The notes beneath the pieces were generated by a model. That model saw only the letters and a program-made list of their open reading frames with translations. It did not search any database and was not told the DNA's origin. A stretch of DNA of 57,912 bases from Eubacteriales bacterium (GTDB lineage Bacteria > Bacillota > Clostridia > Oscillospirales > CAG-272), in NCBI GenBank assembly GCA_045536065.1, contig JAZSMV010000008.1, positions 1 through 57,912 on the forward strand. The letters run 5' to 3'. A program made the translations under genes and the position numbers. Below are positions 26,715 to 35,725 of this stretch, one piece after another; the first letter of the stretch is position 1; each line of letters begins with the position of its first letter.

Positions 26715-28889
26715 TTATTCTTCTCTCTCCTTCTTCATACGTTCAATACGTGCCTTTATGATCTCAGGCATCTCAACCTTGGGTGCGTTGGGATGAAGCA
26801 GCCAGGTTGCTGCAGAGTGTGTGGGGGTAATTTCGAATAACGGAGGCTCCACCTCGAAGTCGATATCCATTGCGTACTTGTTTCTCGCCGCAAAGGCATC
26901 TCCCTTGGGAGGGAAATGAAGATCGGGAGGAGTTCCGGGGATAGAGTCCATCTTACCGGTGGTATGAAGGTCGGGCATAGAGGAAAGCAGAGCCCAGGTA
27001 TAAGGATGAGCGGGCTGATAGAAGATCTCCTCAGAGCTACCGTACTCAACGATCTTACCTGCGTACATAACTGCAATTCTGTCAGCCATATTCGCAACAA
27101 CACCCATGTTATGAGTGATGAATATTACCGAAAGATTTCTCTCTCTCTTGATCTTATTGATAAGCTCAAGAATCTGCGCCTGAATGGTAACGTCAAGCGC
27201 TGTTGTAGGCTCGTCACAGATGAGAATATCGGGGTCAGCGGCAAGAGCAATAGCAATAACTACTCTCTGTCTCATACCGCCCGAAAGCTCGAAGGGATAC
27301 TGATTGTATCTTGCTGCGGGCTCGGGAATACCAACCTCCTCAAGAAGCTTGATAGCCTTTGCCTTTGCGATTCTATTGTTCATCTCAACAACGAATCTGG
27401 AAGCCTGATCCTTGAGATAGTCAATGATCTCAATAACCTGTGCCTCGGCGTCGAAGGTCATATCCTTCTCGATATCATCAACATAATGCTTGTAAAGGTT
27501 TTCAACAACCTTACAAATATTAGCCTGCTGAAGCTCAAGGTCAACAACTATCTGGGGAGTGAGTACCCAGTCGGGCTGACCGCCCTTAGCGATAATGGCA
27601 TCATACTTTGCCTTGTTCTTAAGATACTTCTTCTCCTCGATGGGATTATTCTTAACACCTGCGAAGTAGCGGTTAACCGAGCTCTCAAAAGCAGAACGGA
27701 ATACGTACTCCGAGCTTGCCTTCTTAACAGCGAGACGGTCGATAGCCTCTGCTACCTTTTCGCTGAGGTGATGAATATATCCGTTACATCCATTGCGATC
27801 GATGCTTTCAGACTTGAAGTAGTTTATAGCATTATAAAGTTCAGGAAGAAGAGCCTTCTTACACTGAATGGATCTGTTGTGGGAGTAGCGTACACCCTTT
27901 GTCGCAGTTGCGATAAAGTCGTCCATGAAATTCTCATCAAGGAACTTACGGGTCATAGCATTCATATCGGATACCGACATAGTTGTAAGATCAACACCGG
28001 GATTCTCCATGATGTAGTAGCCCATGGTGAAGAAGTTAGGCTTCTCCTTAGCAAGAGCATCCTTAACGATTGCTACGAGATTATCAAGAAGACTAATAGC
28101 CTCCTCGGGCTTCAGCTCCTTACCCTGTGCAAGAAGGGCATCAACGCCACCCTTGTATGCAAGGTTGCTCTCGTTAGCTACGATAACGTACTCGTGGAAG
28201 GCAAGAGGAAGCTTCTTCTTGATTCTCTTAAGTCTTGCCTGAAAATCGATCTTCTTGTGATTTTTAAGCATAAGAAGGGTGTTATCGATGTCCATTTCAA
28301 GCTCGATAGCAGCTCCGTATGCCTTGTTGAACTCACGCTCGATCTCGGTTGCAGAGATGCAGAAGGAGTCAAACTTCTTGATCTTCGCAGCAACGGATGC
28401 CGATTCGTTAGCACCCTCGAGAGCGTAAGCCGCATTTATATTTCCGCCCAAAACCTTGAGCATATTGTTGAACGCACTCTTTGCGTTTCTTCTACCCGTC
28501 TTTGCCTTAAGGATCATTGCCTCGGTCATCTGCTGACCTATACGCATAATGGGGTTAAGGCTCGACAGGGGGTTCTGGAAGACCATTGCCACCTTGTCTC
28601 CACGGAGCTTGTGGAAGTCTTCCTCAGAAATTTTCAGTAAATCCTGTCCGTCATATAATATCTCGCCGCACTCAACGATAGAGTTGCCCGCCAGGATACC
28701 CATAATAGCCTTACTGGTTACGGATTTTCCCGAGCCGGACTCACCAACTATCGCCAGAGTCTCTCCCTCGTAAAGATCGAAGGAAATGTTACGAACGGCT
28801 TTTAAAATTCCACCTTGAGTACGGAATGATATTTGCAGATTTTTTACTTCTAATTTCTTATCCATAAATAGACCATTCCTTTCCGCCAT
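26715..28889 (-). CDS. Opp/Dpp-type ABC transporter ATP-binding protein (OppD-like) carrying a ~370-aa insertion
   Basis: Contains GESGSGKS (Walker A), VAMVFQNP (Q-loop), about 370 aa of non-ABC sequence, then LSGGMRQR, LICDEPTTALD and HPYTWALL. An alternative start at MDKKLEV (28865) has the better SD. Confidence 0.85.
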   Translation of the reverse strand: MAERNGLFMDKKLEVKNLQISFRTQGGILKAVRNISFDLYEGETLAIVGESGSGKSVTSKAIMGILAGNSIVECGEILYDGQDLLKISEEDFHKLRGDKVAMVFQNPLSSLNPIMRIGQQMTEAMILKAKTGRRNAKSAFNNMLKVLGGNINAAYALEGANESASVAAKIKKFDSFCISATEIEREFNKAYGAAIELEMDIDNTLLMLKNHKKIDFQARLKRIKKKLPLAFHEYVIVANESNLAYKGGVDALLAQGKELKPEEAISLLDNLVAIVKDALAKEKPNFFTMGYYIMENPGVDLTTMSVSDMNAMTRKFLDENFMDDFIATATKGVRYSHNRSIQCKKALLPELYNAINYFKSESIDRNGCNGYIHHLSEKVAEAIDRLAVKKASSEYVFRSAFESSVNRYFAGVKNNPIEEKKYLKNKAKYDAIIAKGGQPDWVLTPQIVVDLELQQANICKVVENLYKHYVDDIEKDMTFDAEAQVIEIIDYLKDQASRFVVEMNNRIAKAKAIKLLEEVGIPEPAARYNQYPFELSGGMRQRVVIAIALAADPDILICDEPTTALDVTIQAQILELINKIKRERNLSVIFITHNMGVVANMADRIAVMYAGKIVEYGSSEEIFYQPAHPYTWALLSSMPDLHTTGKMDSIPGTPPDLHFPPKGDAFAARNKYAMDIDFEVEPPLFEITPTHSAATWLLHPNAPKVEMPEIIKARIERMKKEREE

Positions 28890-28940
28890 AGAGATAGTTC
28901 CCTGCTCTACGGCAATTTTTTCAAATGTCTTTAATCTAAA

Positions 28941-30482
28941 TTATTCAGTTCCTCTCAAGGAGGGGTTAAATGCATCACGGAGACCGTTACCGAACAGGTT
29001 GAAGGAAAGCATCAGCAAGCTGATGAACACTGCGGGGAACAGAATCATGTGAGGATAAGTGAACAGATAGGTCTGTCCTGTAGCAAGAAGTGTACCTACG
29101 CTGGTAAGGTTACCGGACGTAAGGTTAATAATACCGAGGTAGCTAAGGCTTGTCTCCGAGAAGATAACGCCGGGGATTACAAGTACGCTACCGGTAATAA
29201 GTGTACCAACTGCGTTGGGGAAGATGTGCTTGAACATAATTCTACGGTCGTTAGCACCGAGGGTTCTTGAAACGAGAACGTACTCCTGATTCTTGAAGCG
29301 GTAGAACTGCATTCTGGTTCTGCCCGCCATACCCGTCCAACCGGTAAGGAAGAAGGATATAAACAGGATAATTACGTGAGATACGTTGAAGTGGTACTTA
29401 AGCAGTGTGATAACAATCATGAAGGGGATAGAACCGAGAATTTCAACGATTCTTTCCATGATGATATCGATCTTACCGCCGTAGTAACCCTCTACCGCAC
29501 CGTAAATAGCGCCAACAAAGAGGTTAACAATAGAAACAACGATAGCAAGGATGAAGGAGAATCTTGCACCGCTTGCAAGACAGGTAAAGATGTCCTTACC
29601 TGCGTCGTTGGTTCCGAAGAGGAAGCTGGGCTCGGTTATACCGTCGCCTGCAACGTGGTGAATATAGGTGTAATAAGCCTTGTAGTCAACACGAACGTTC
29701 CAGTTGGTGTTGTTATCCTTGGGCTCGGCGTAATTGTAGAGATATACGCCCTCGCCCTCATAACGCATCTTACTGGTGTAGAGGTCGTTGCCGTCATAGG
29801 TCTTATATGCAGGAGTAAGCTCACCGTCGGGAATTTCGGTCTTACCGCCCTTGCCCTTCTTGGTCTTGTACCAATAGTTAGCATCTGTCTGGTCCTGATC
29901 AGCCTCGGGACGAAGATTTCTGTCGGTTATAGGAAGAATAACCTGAACGTTATACTCATCCTGGTATGCCTGAAGCGCCTGATATTCTTTAGTGCTGAGA
30001 AGTACGAACTTAGCGCCTACCGAATTGTAGGTATCAAGTCTGAAGGTATACATCTTGGTCTGCTTACCAAGGTAATCCTTAATGGACTCAACAGGCTCGT
30101 TCATAATGATCTTAACGCCGAGTTCCTGCTCCATAGCACGGTAGTACTTATAGGTGTGCTCGTTTACGGTCTTCTCAACGCCACCGTCCCAGAAAGGAAT
30201 ACCAAGGTCATAGAACAGCTCGCTCTTAGGCTGAACGAAGGCATAGTACTTGTCCTCGTATGCAACGGTATAAGGTGTGAAGAGAGGTCCGATAATCGCA
30301 AAGATGACCAGCATACCGATAATTACGGTAGCAACGATAGAAGCCTTGTTTCTCGAGAAACGGTGAAGCGCATCCTGGAAATAGGTAACAGGCTTGGTCT
30401 CAAGCTTCTGGTCGTGAATGTTGCTTGCATCAGAGCGGAAGACGAATTTTTCTTTAGAAATTACATAATCTTGTGCTTTCAT
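28941..30482 (-). CDS. Opp/Dpp-type ABC permease (OppC-like) with a ~215-aa extracytoplasmic insertion after TM1
   Basis: TM1 is IVATVIIGMLVIFAIIGPLF. A long hydrophilic Tyr/Lys-rich segment follows, then LFGTNDAGKDIF and a BPD-transporter core (SRTLGANDRRIMFKHIFPN). 513 aa, against a typical length of about 300. Confidence 0.8.
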   Translation of the reverse strand: MKAQDYVISKEKFVFRSDASNIHDQKLETKPVTYFQDALHRFSRNKASIVATVIIGMLVIFAIIGPLFTPYTVAYEDKYYAFVQPKSELFYDLGIPFWDGGVEKTVNEHTYKYYRAMEQELGVKIIMNEPVESIKDYLGKQTKMYTFRLDTYNSVGAKFVLLSTKEYQALQAYQDEYNVQVILPITDRNLRPEADQDQTDANYWYKTKKGKGGKTEIPDGELTPAYKTYDGNDLYTSKMRYEGEGVYLYNYAEPKDNNTNWNVRVDYKAYYTYIHHVAGDGITEPSFLFGTNDAGKDIFTCLASGARFSFILAIVVSIVNLFVGAIYGAVEGYYGGKIDIIMERIVEILGSIPFMIVITLLKYHFNVSHVIILFISFFLTGWTGMAGRTRMQFYRFKNQEYVLVSRTLGANDRRIMFKHIFPNAVGTLITGSVLVIPGVIFSETSLSYLGIINLTSGNLTSVGTLLATGQTYLFTYPHMILFPAVFISLLMLSFNLFGNGLRDAFNPSLRGTE

Positions 30483-31507
30483 TACTTCGCCCCCATTCTG
30501 ATTCTCGGGTCAATGACACCGTAAGAAAGGTCGATAACAAGTCCTGCAACAAGACCTACCAACAGATAGAAGCCGGACAGCATCATAAAGAAGTCGTAGT
30601 CCTGAGTGTTGATAGCTGTAAGGTAAAGTCCACCTACGCCGGGGATCGTAAAGATATTCTCGATGATCAGCGAGCCCGAAAGAACGCTGATAAACTCACC
30701 GACGATGGAAGGGAAGATAGGCACCATCGCATTACGAAGTGCGTGTCTTACTGTTGCCTGAGATTTTGTAAGGCCCTTTGTTCTTGCAAGGAGCATAAAC
30801 TCGGAGGTAAGAACCTCGGTAAGCTCCGCACGGGTAAATCTAGCATAACCTGCAATAGAGCCGAACGACATTGCAAGTACCGCAGGCATCATTGACAGGA
30901 ACATTTTTCCATTAAAGTAGAAATCCCAGTTAAACGTGCCCTCGTGATACTCAAGTCCCAGCTCGGGATAAGCACTCTTAACGTCCTCAAAGGACATCAT
31001 TTTTAACGGGAACCATCCAAGCTTAAAGCAGATGGAATACAGAAGAAGTGATGCGTATACGAATGAAGGTACCGAAATAATAACCATTACTGCGGTACTG
31101 ATAAAGTGGTCCTGCCACTTGTTCTTTTTAAGAGCGGCAAAAATTCCGAGAGCAATGCCGATCGGAACCGCTAAAAGAGACGAATAAATGTTAATTAAAA
31201 TTGTGGGGGGAAGCTTTTCAATAAAGGCGTTCCAAACCGGCTTTCCACGGTAGCCGGGCATATTAACGCCTACACCGAAGTCACCTTCAGTTACGATTCG
31301 TTTGATATATCTGAAAAACTGCTCGGGAATGGGATCGAAATATCCTCTGTCCCTGAGCTGTGCCTCAATAATTTCTCTGTCCTGACCAATGGTAACGTTA
31401 ATCGGAATAGGAAGAAGCTTGATTAAAACGAAGCATATGCAGAAAATAATTGTAAAAGTCATTACCATAAGGCCAATTCTCTTACAAATATATTTGAACA
31501 TATACAT
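30482..31507 (-). CDS. Opp/Dpp-type ABC permease (OppB-like)
   Basis: Six TM segments with the EAA-like loop (ARTKGLTKSQATVRHALRNAM). Its stop overlaps the start of the next gene. Confidence 0.8.
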   Translation of the reverse strand: MYMFKYICKRIGLMVMTFTIIFCICFVLIKLLPIPINVTIGQDREIIEAQLRDRGYFDPIPEQFFRYIKRIVTEGDFGVGVNMPGYRGKPVWNAFIEKLPPTILINIYSSLLAVPIGIALGIFAALKKNKWQDHFISTAVMVIISVPSFVYASLLLYSICFKLGWFPLKMMSFEDVKSAYPELGLEYHEGTFNWDFYFNGKMFLSMMPAVLAMSFGSIAGYARFTRAELTEVLTSEFMLLARTKGLTKSQATVRHALRNAMVPIFPSIVGEFISVLSGSLIIENIFTIPGVGGLYLTAINTQDYDFFMMLSGFYLLVGLVAGLVIDLSYGVIDPRIRMGAK

Positions 31508-31597
31508 TTTTCTACTCTCCTTTCTTTATTCTTAAAGCCGACAATGAGGGATAGTTCGCACTATCCCTCAACGTCGTTAGAAATTAAGACGATTTAA

Positions 31598-34135
31598 TTA
31601 TTTGTAGTCAACGGTACCACCGAGTCTACCAACCTGAGCTGCCCATTCAGCGTCAGAGTAATTGTAGGTCATGTACTTGATTCCGCCGTAACCCATGAAG
31701 GTATTGTACTCATAGGTAACGTAATCGCACTGGTAAGAGATAAGGGATGCACTGTACTCGTTCTGAAGAGGAACAGTGTAGTAAACCTTAAGAACCTCTT
31801 TCTCAAGAGCTGCAATCAGCTGAAGTCTCTGAGCCTCAGGAATTGCGTTAGAGGACCAGTCATAAGCTGCGGAAGTGTCGCCGTTAAGACAAGCGTACCA
31901 ATCAAGAAGAGACATGGTGTGCTCAACGCCACCGCCAAGCTCCTCAGCAACGCCCTCCATGGTGAAGGTCATCATGGTATTAGCGGTATCCCAAGCTGCG
32001 GAATACATATAGCCAGCATCAAGGTAAGCAAGAAGGAAGTAACCGGGATCCCAAGCTGCGCCGGTCCAACCGCCCATACAGATATCGTATGCACCTGCAC
32101 GGAAGTCATCAGCCCAAGCGGTAGCGAAGTCCTTGATCTCGAGCTCAATTCTGCCCTCAAGAGGAGTGCCTACGCAAGCCTCGGTAATAGCAGCCTTGAG
32201 GTATTCGAATCTTCTGGTTACAACGTCGTTGATAGCACCGGAACCGAAGGTAAGAACAACCTTATCGGTAGCGCTGATATCGCCTGCTGCAAGAGCATCG
32301 TTGTATGCCTTAGTGATGAGCTCCTTAGCTACGGTAGGATTGTAACCGGAGATAGCTGCAACTGCATCATCAAGGTTGTCATACTTAGTGTAATCTACTG
32401 CGTAGATCTCGCAAAGAACCTTCTTTGCCTCATCGGTATTTCTGAATACGCCGCCGTTAGCAACGTCGTAGTAGTGCATGGAGTTGAAGAGACCGAAGCC
32501 TGCCTTAGAGGAGGTGGTGCACTTCGCATTGTAGTCAGCTCTGTCGATAGCGAGAGAGATAGCCTTTCTGAAGTCTACGTAGGAAAGGATGGTCTTGTTG
32601 GTGCCTTCCTCCTCACGAGCTGCAAGAGCCTCCTTAGAGGACTGAAGCTGGAGAGAACCTACGTAGTCAGTGGGAGTGAAGAATGCCTGGTCGGAATTCT
32701 TGTAGTCGTCTGCGATGGAAACGTCGATGCCGATACCGTCGATCTTACCTGCCTGGAAGAGAAGCCATGCAGAGTTCCAGTCCTTAACGATGTCGTATAC
32801 GATCTTATCGGTCTGATAGAGACCCTCGTTTTCCTCAAGACCGTAGCCGTACCAGTTCTCGTTTCTTTCAAGAGTGAACTGCATGTCGGTCTGGAAGCTG
32901 GTAAGCTTATAGGGACCCCAAGACATGGTGGTCTCTACGCTGGAGTTGTACTTAGAGGTCCAAAGAGTTTCTGCACCGGAGGGAGCAACCTTGTTTGCCT
33001 CGTAAGTAGCCTCGTGAACGAGAGGAAGAGAAGCCATGTTGTAAGCAGCCTTGTAATCAAGAGTGCCGTCGGGCTTAAGAAGGTCAAGGCCCTTCTCAAG
33101 AACGATAACGATATCATACTTGGTGTCGCCTACGAAGATACCAACGTTCTCGAAATCGAACGCAGGGAATTCGCCGTTTGCAACGAAGAAGTGAAGCTCC
33201 TCGTTGGGCTCGGTCTGCCACCAACCAATAAGATCGGTCCAAGCTGCTGCAAGAGTAGGATCAGCCTTGATCTCTGCAAGAGTCTTACCCTCCATCGCCT
33301 TAGCTGCATCAGCGGTGAAAGCGGGCATGCCTGCACCGTAGTTGCCGATAAGGTAAGCTGCGCAAGCCTCTGCGTTATAGGAAGAGGGGAAACCGAAAAT
33401 TGTTCTCATCGCACACTCTTCAAGGTAATTGCCACCTGCGGGAGCGAGAGTGAAGATAAGGCTAGCATCAAGATCGGTAGAATATGTGCTATAGGATGTA
33501 GTTGCTGCGAAGATACCCTTCTGGCCCTGCTTAGCGTAGCTCTTAGCGCCTACAAGAGACTGTGCGGAGTTGTAGTAAGAGTCTGCTCTGTAGTTCTGGA
33601 AGAGGGGGTTAAGCTGTTCCTTCATGGTGTATACGAAGTCCTTAGCCTCGATCTTGTCGCCGTTCTCCCACTCGAGATCCTCACGAAGAGTGATCTGCCA
33701 AGCGAAGCCGGTCTTCTCGGGATCAAGACCCCAAGCCTCTGCATACTTTGCAGTAACGTCGGTAAGCTTAGTAGCTGCATTGTAAACTACGTCGAACTCA
33801 CCGGGGATGATCTCGCCGTTCTCATCATACTTGAAATCGTATCCGAAGAAGGAGGAGCCGATCCAAGACATAACGTTAGTATCGTTGTTGTCCTGGTAGG
33901 TAAGCTCGTTCCAGTTGGAAGGAGAGATGGTGAGGTAGTCGTTGTAAGTGTAGGTCTTAGGAGCGTTAGGATCTACGAACCAGGGATCCTTATCGCCGCA
34001 CTCGCAAAGACCGGTAGCAGGATCGTATTCGTGGGTATGCGTACCGCCATTGTCGCCGAAGAGGCCACAAGAAGCGAGCATAGTGAAGCACATAACTGCT
34101 ACGATAATGAGTGCAAAAATCTTTGTACTTTTCAT
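31598..34135 (-). CDS. Large (845 aa) substrate-binding lipoprotein of the ABC transporter (family-5 SBP-like)
   Basis: Lipobox MLASC|G. First gene of the operon. The size and position fit an OppA-type SBP with N-terminal and internal extensions. The family call rests mainly on context. Confidence 0.6.
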   Translation of the reverse strand: MKSTKIFALIIVAVMCFTMLASCGLFGDNGGTHTHEYDPATGLCECGDKDPWFVDPNAPKTYTYNDYLTISPSNWNELTYQDNNDTNVMSWIGSSFFGYDFKYDENGEIIPGEFDVVYNAATKLTDVTAKYAEAWGLDPEKTGFAWQITLREDLEWENGDKIEAKDFVYTMKEQLNPLFQNYRADSYYNSAQSLVGAKSYAKQGQKGIFAATTSYSTYSTDLDASLIFTLAPAGGNYLEECAMRTIFGFPSSYNAEACAAYLIGNYGAGMPAFTADAAKAMEGKTLAEIKADPTLAAAWTDLIGWWQTEPNEELHFFVANGEFPAFDFENVGIFVGDTKYDIVIVLEKGLDLLKPDGTLDYKAAYNMASLPLVHEATYEANKVAPSGAETLWTSKYNSSVETTMSWGPYKLTSFQTDMQFTLERNENWYGYGLEENEGLYQTDKIVYDIVKDWNSAWLLFQAGKIDGIGIDVSIADDYKNSDQAFFTPTDYVGSLQLQSSKEALAAREEEGTNKTILSYVDFRKAISLAIDRADYNAKCTTSSKAGFGLFNSMHYYDVANGGVFRNTDEAKKVLCEIYAVDYTKYDNLDDAVAAISGYNPTVAKELITKAYNDALAAGDISATDKVVLTFGSGAINDVVTRRFEYLKAAITEACVGTPLEGRIELEIKDFATAWADDFRAGAYDICMGGWTGAAWDPGYFLLAYLDAGYMYSAAWDTANTMMTFTMEGVAEELGGGVEHTMSLLDWYACLNGDTSAAYDWSSNAIPEAQRLQLIAALEKEVLKVYYTVPLQNEYSASLISYQCDYVTYEYNTFMGYGGIKYMTYNYSDAEWAAQVGRLGGTVDYK

Positions 34136-34332
34136 GGTAAAAAAGTCCTTTCAAAAAATTTTTTATATTTATCTCTTGGTAAATATTCTCTATTTAACCT
34201 ATAGTAAATATACAATGTAAAATAAATAAATATTTTCTAAATTCATTTTGCACCGAGCAGAAGCACTGTGCCTCCATGCCGGGTGCAACGGGAATTGATC
34301 TTCTGTCCTGGAAAAATGAAATAGATGTTGCT

Positions 34333-34361
34333 ATTATACTACATCCGTTTTGATTTGTCAA
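34333..34361 (-). promoter_or_regulatory. Promoter of the ABC-transporter operon
   Basis: On the minus strand: TTGACA (34361..34356), a 17-nt spacer, then TATAAT (34338..34333). This leaves a leader of about 190 nt. Confidence 0.55.
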
Positions 34362-34379
34362 CCCCTTTTTGAATATTTT

Positions 34380-34560
34380 TTTCATTTTTTGACGATTTTT
34401 TGTTTTTTGGCTTCATTTTACATCGTTTTTGTGCCATTTTTTGCAAGAATTTGACAGTCTCTTGCATTTTTGACAGTTTTTGACGAATTTTTATGCATTG
34501 TTTATGCACTTTTTATGCATATTCTTTTTTACCCTGTTTTTTGTGCATTTTAACCACTGA
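34380..34560. promoter_or_regulatory. Array of helically phased T-tracts (predicted curved DNA or UP-like region) directly upstream of the -35 box
   Basis: About 15 T4-T6 tracts spaced 10-13 bp apart, mixed with repeated TTTTTGAC(A/G) and TTTATGCA(T/C) words (three TTATGCA within 34490..34520). Confidence 0.4.
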
Positions 34561-34851
34561 AAGCTCCGAAAAAAAGCCATTTTGCCCTTGTCAGACCTGA
34601 GTTTTTAGGCATTTTTAACAATACGAAAATGTGAACGATCAGAAAAGATTCTTGGTTTTATCTTGAATTTCCTTCTTTTTGTCTTGCAAATTGCAGTTTT
34701 TTGAATGATTTTATTGCAAAATCTTCTAAATAGTTATTTTAAAGTATTTTTACGGCTAATCTTTAATTAAATTATTATTTTTAGAATATATTATTGTCTA
34801 ATTGATTATTATTTATGTTAGACTATATAGATTTGATTTAAGGAGGGGAAC

Positions 34852-35697
34852 GTGAAGGAATTCAGTGCTTTCAAAAAGAAAAAAGAGCATCTGATCTGCT
34901 TTGACAGCGACGGATGTGTTATGGATACCATGAGAACCAAGCATACAAAGTGCTTTGGCCCTTGCCTAGTGGACGAGTGGGGACTTCACAGTCTGAGAGA
35001 GGAAATTTTTGCAAGATGGAACAAAATCAACCTTTATACTATATATAGGGGAATAAACAGATTCCGAGGTCTCGCCATGATACTTGACGAGATCAACGAA
35101 AGGCATCGGCCGATCGACGGCATTGATGCGCTGAAACTATGGGTAAAGACGGCGCCCGAGCTTTCAAACCGAGCTCTCAAGGATATGATAGATGAAAATC
35201 ATTTCGAGAGGATCTTCAAAAAGGCGCTTTCCTGGAGCGAAAGGGTAAATCGAATGGTCGCAGATCTTCCCCCGGAGGACAAGCTTCCCTTCCCCGATGC
35301 AAAAACCGCTTTAAAGCTTGCTCACGAAAAGGCAGACGTGGCAATCGTATCCAGCGCAAATCAGGAGGCAGTTATCGAAGAGTGGAGCCTGCACGGTCTT
35401 ATCTCTACGGTAGACGTCATTATGACGCAGAGCGACGGGAGTAAGGCATCCTGTATAGGTAGGCTGGCGGACTTAGGGTATGAGAAGGATAAGATATTAA
35501 TGTGTGGCGACTCACCAGGGGATCTTTCGGCTGCGGAAAGAGTTGGGGTTCTTTTCTATCCAATACTTGCAGATCGGGAGAACGTAAGCTGGAATGAATT
35601 CATTTCAGATGGACTTGACAGATTTATAGGCGGCGAATACGTCGGAGAGTATAGCGAAGGCAAAAAGAGTGATTTTTACAGTAATTTGGGCAAATAA
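34852..35697 (+). CDS. HAD-superfamily hydrolase/phosphatase-like protein
   Basis: GTG start 6 nt after AGGAGG. Contains ICFDSDGCVMDT (DxDG motif I), VSSAN (motif II-like) and CGDSPGD (motif IV). Confidence 0.55.
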   Translation: MKEFSAFKKKKEHLICFDSDGCVMDTMRTKHTKCFGPCLVDEWGLHSLREEIFARWNKINLYTIYRGINRFRGLAMILDEINERHRPIDGIDALKLWVKTAPELSNRALKDMIDENHFERIFKKALSWSERVNRMVADLPPEDKLPFPDAKTALKLAHEKADVAIVSSANQEAVIEEWSLHGLISTVDVIMTQSDGSKASCIGRLADLGYEKDKILMCGDSPGDLSAAERVGVLFYPILADRENVSWNEFISDGLDRFIGGEYVGEYSEGKKSDFYSNLGK

Positions 35698-35725
35698 CAA
35701 ATAAATGTAAATAGGAGTTTACAAA

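Noticed and set aside
31919-34204. 761-aa plus-strand ORF. Similar cases are 26916..28640, 29376..30524, 45931..47802, 43436..44557, 5584..6927, 8225..9259, 15172..16047, 17947..19056, 20486..21733, 50009..51238 and 55654..56655.
   Set aside because: All are antisense to genes with strong family motifs. They have no SD or sensible start context and show an antisense-type composition. Avoidance of TTA, CTA and TCA codons in the sense genes explains them.
34194-34385. 63-aa minus-strand ORF upstream of the SBP gene
   Set aside because: It overlaps the predicted promoter (-35/-10 at 34333..34361) and the 5' leader. It has no SD and an AT-rich, low-complexity product.
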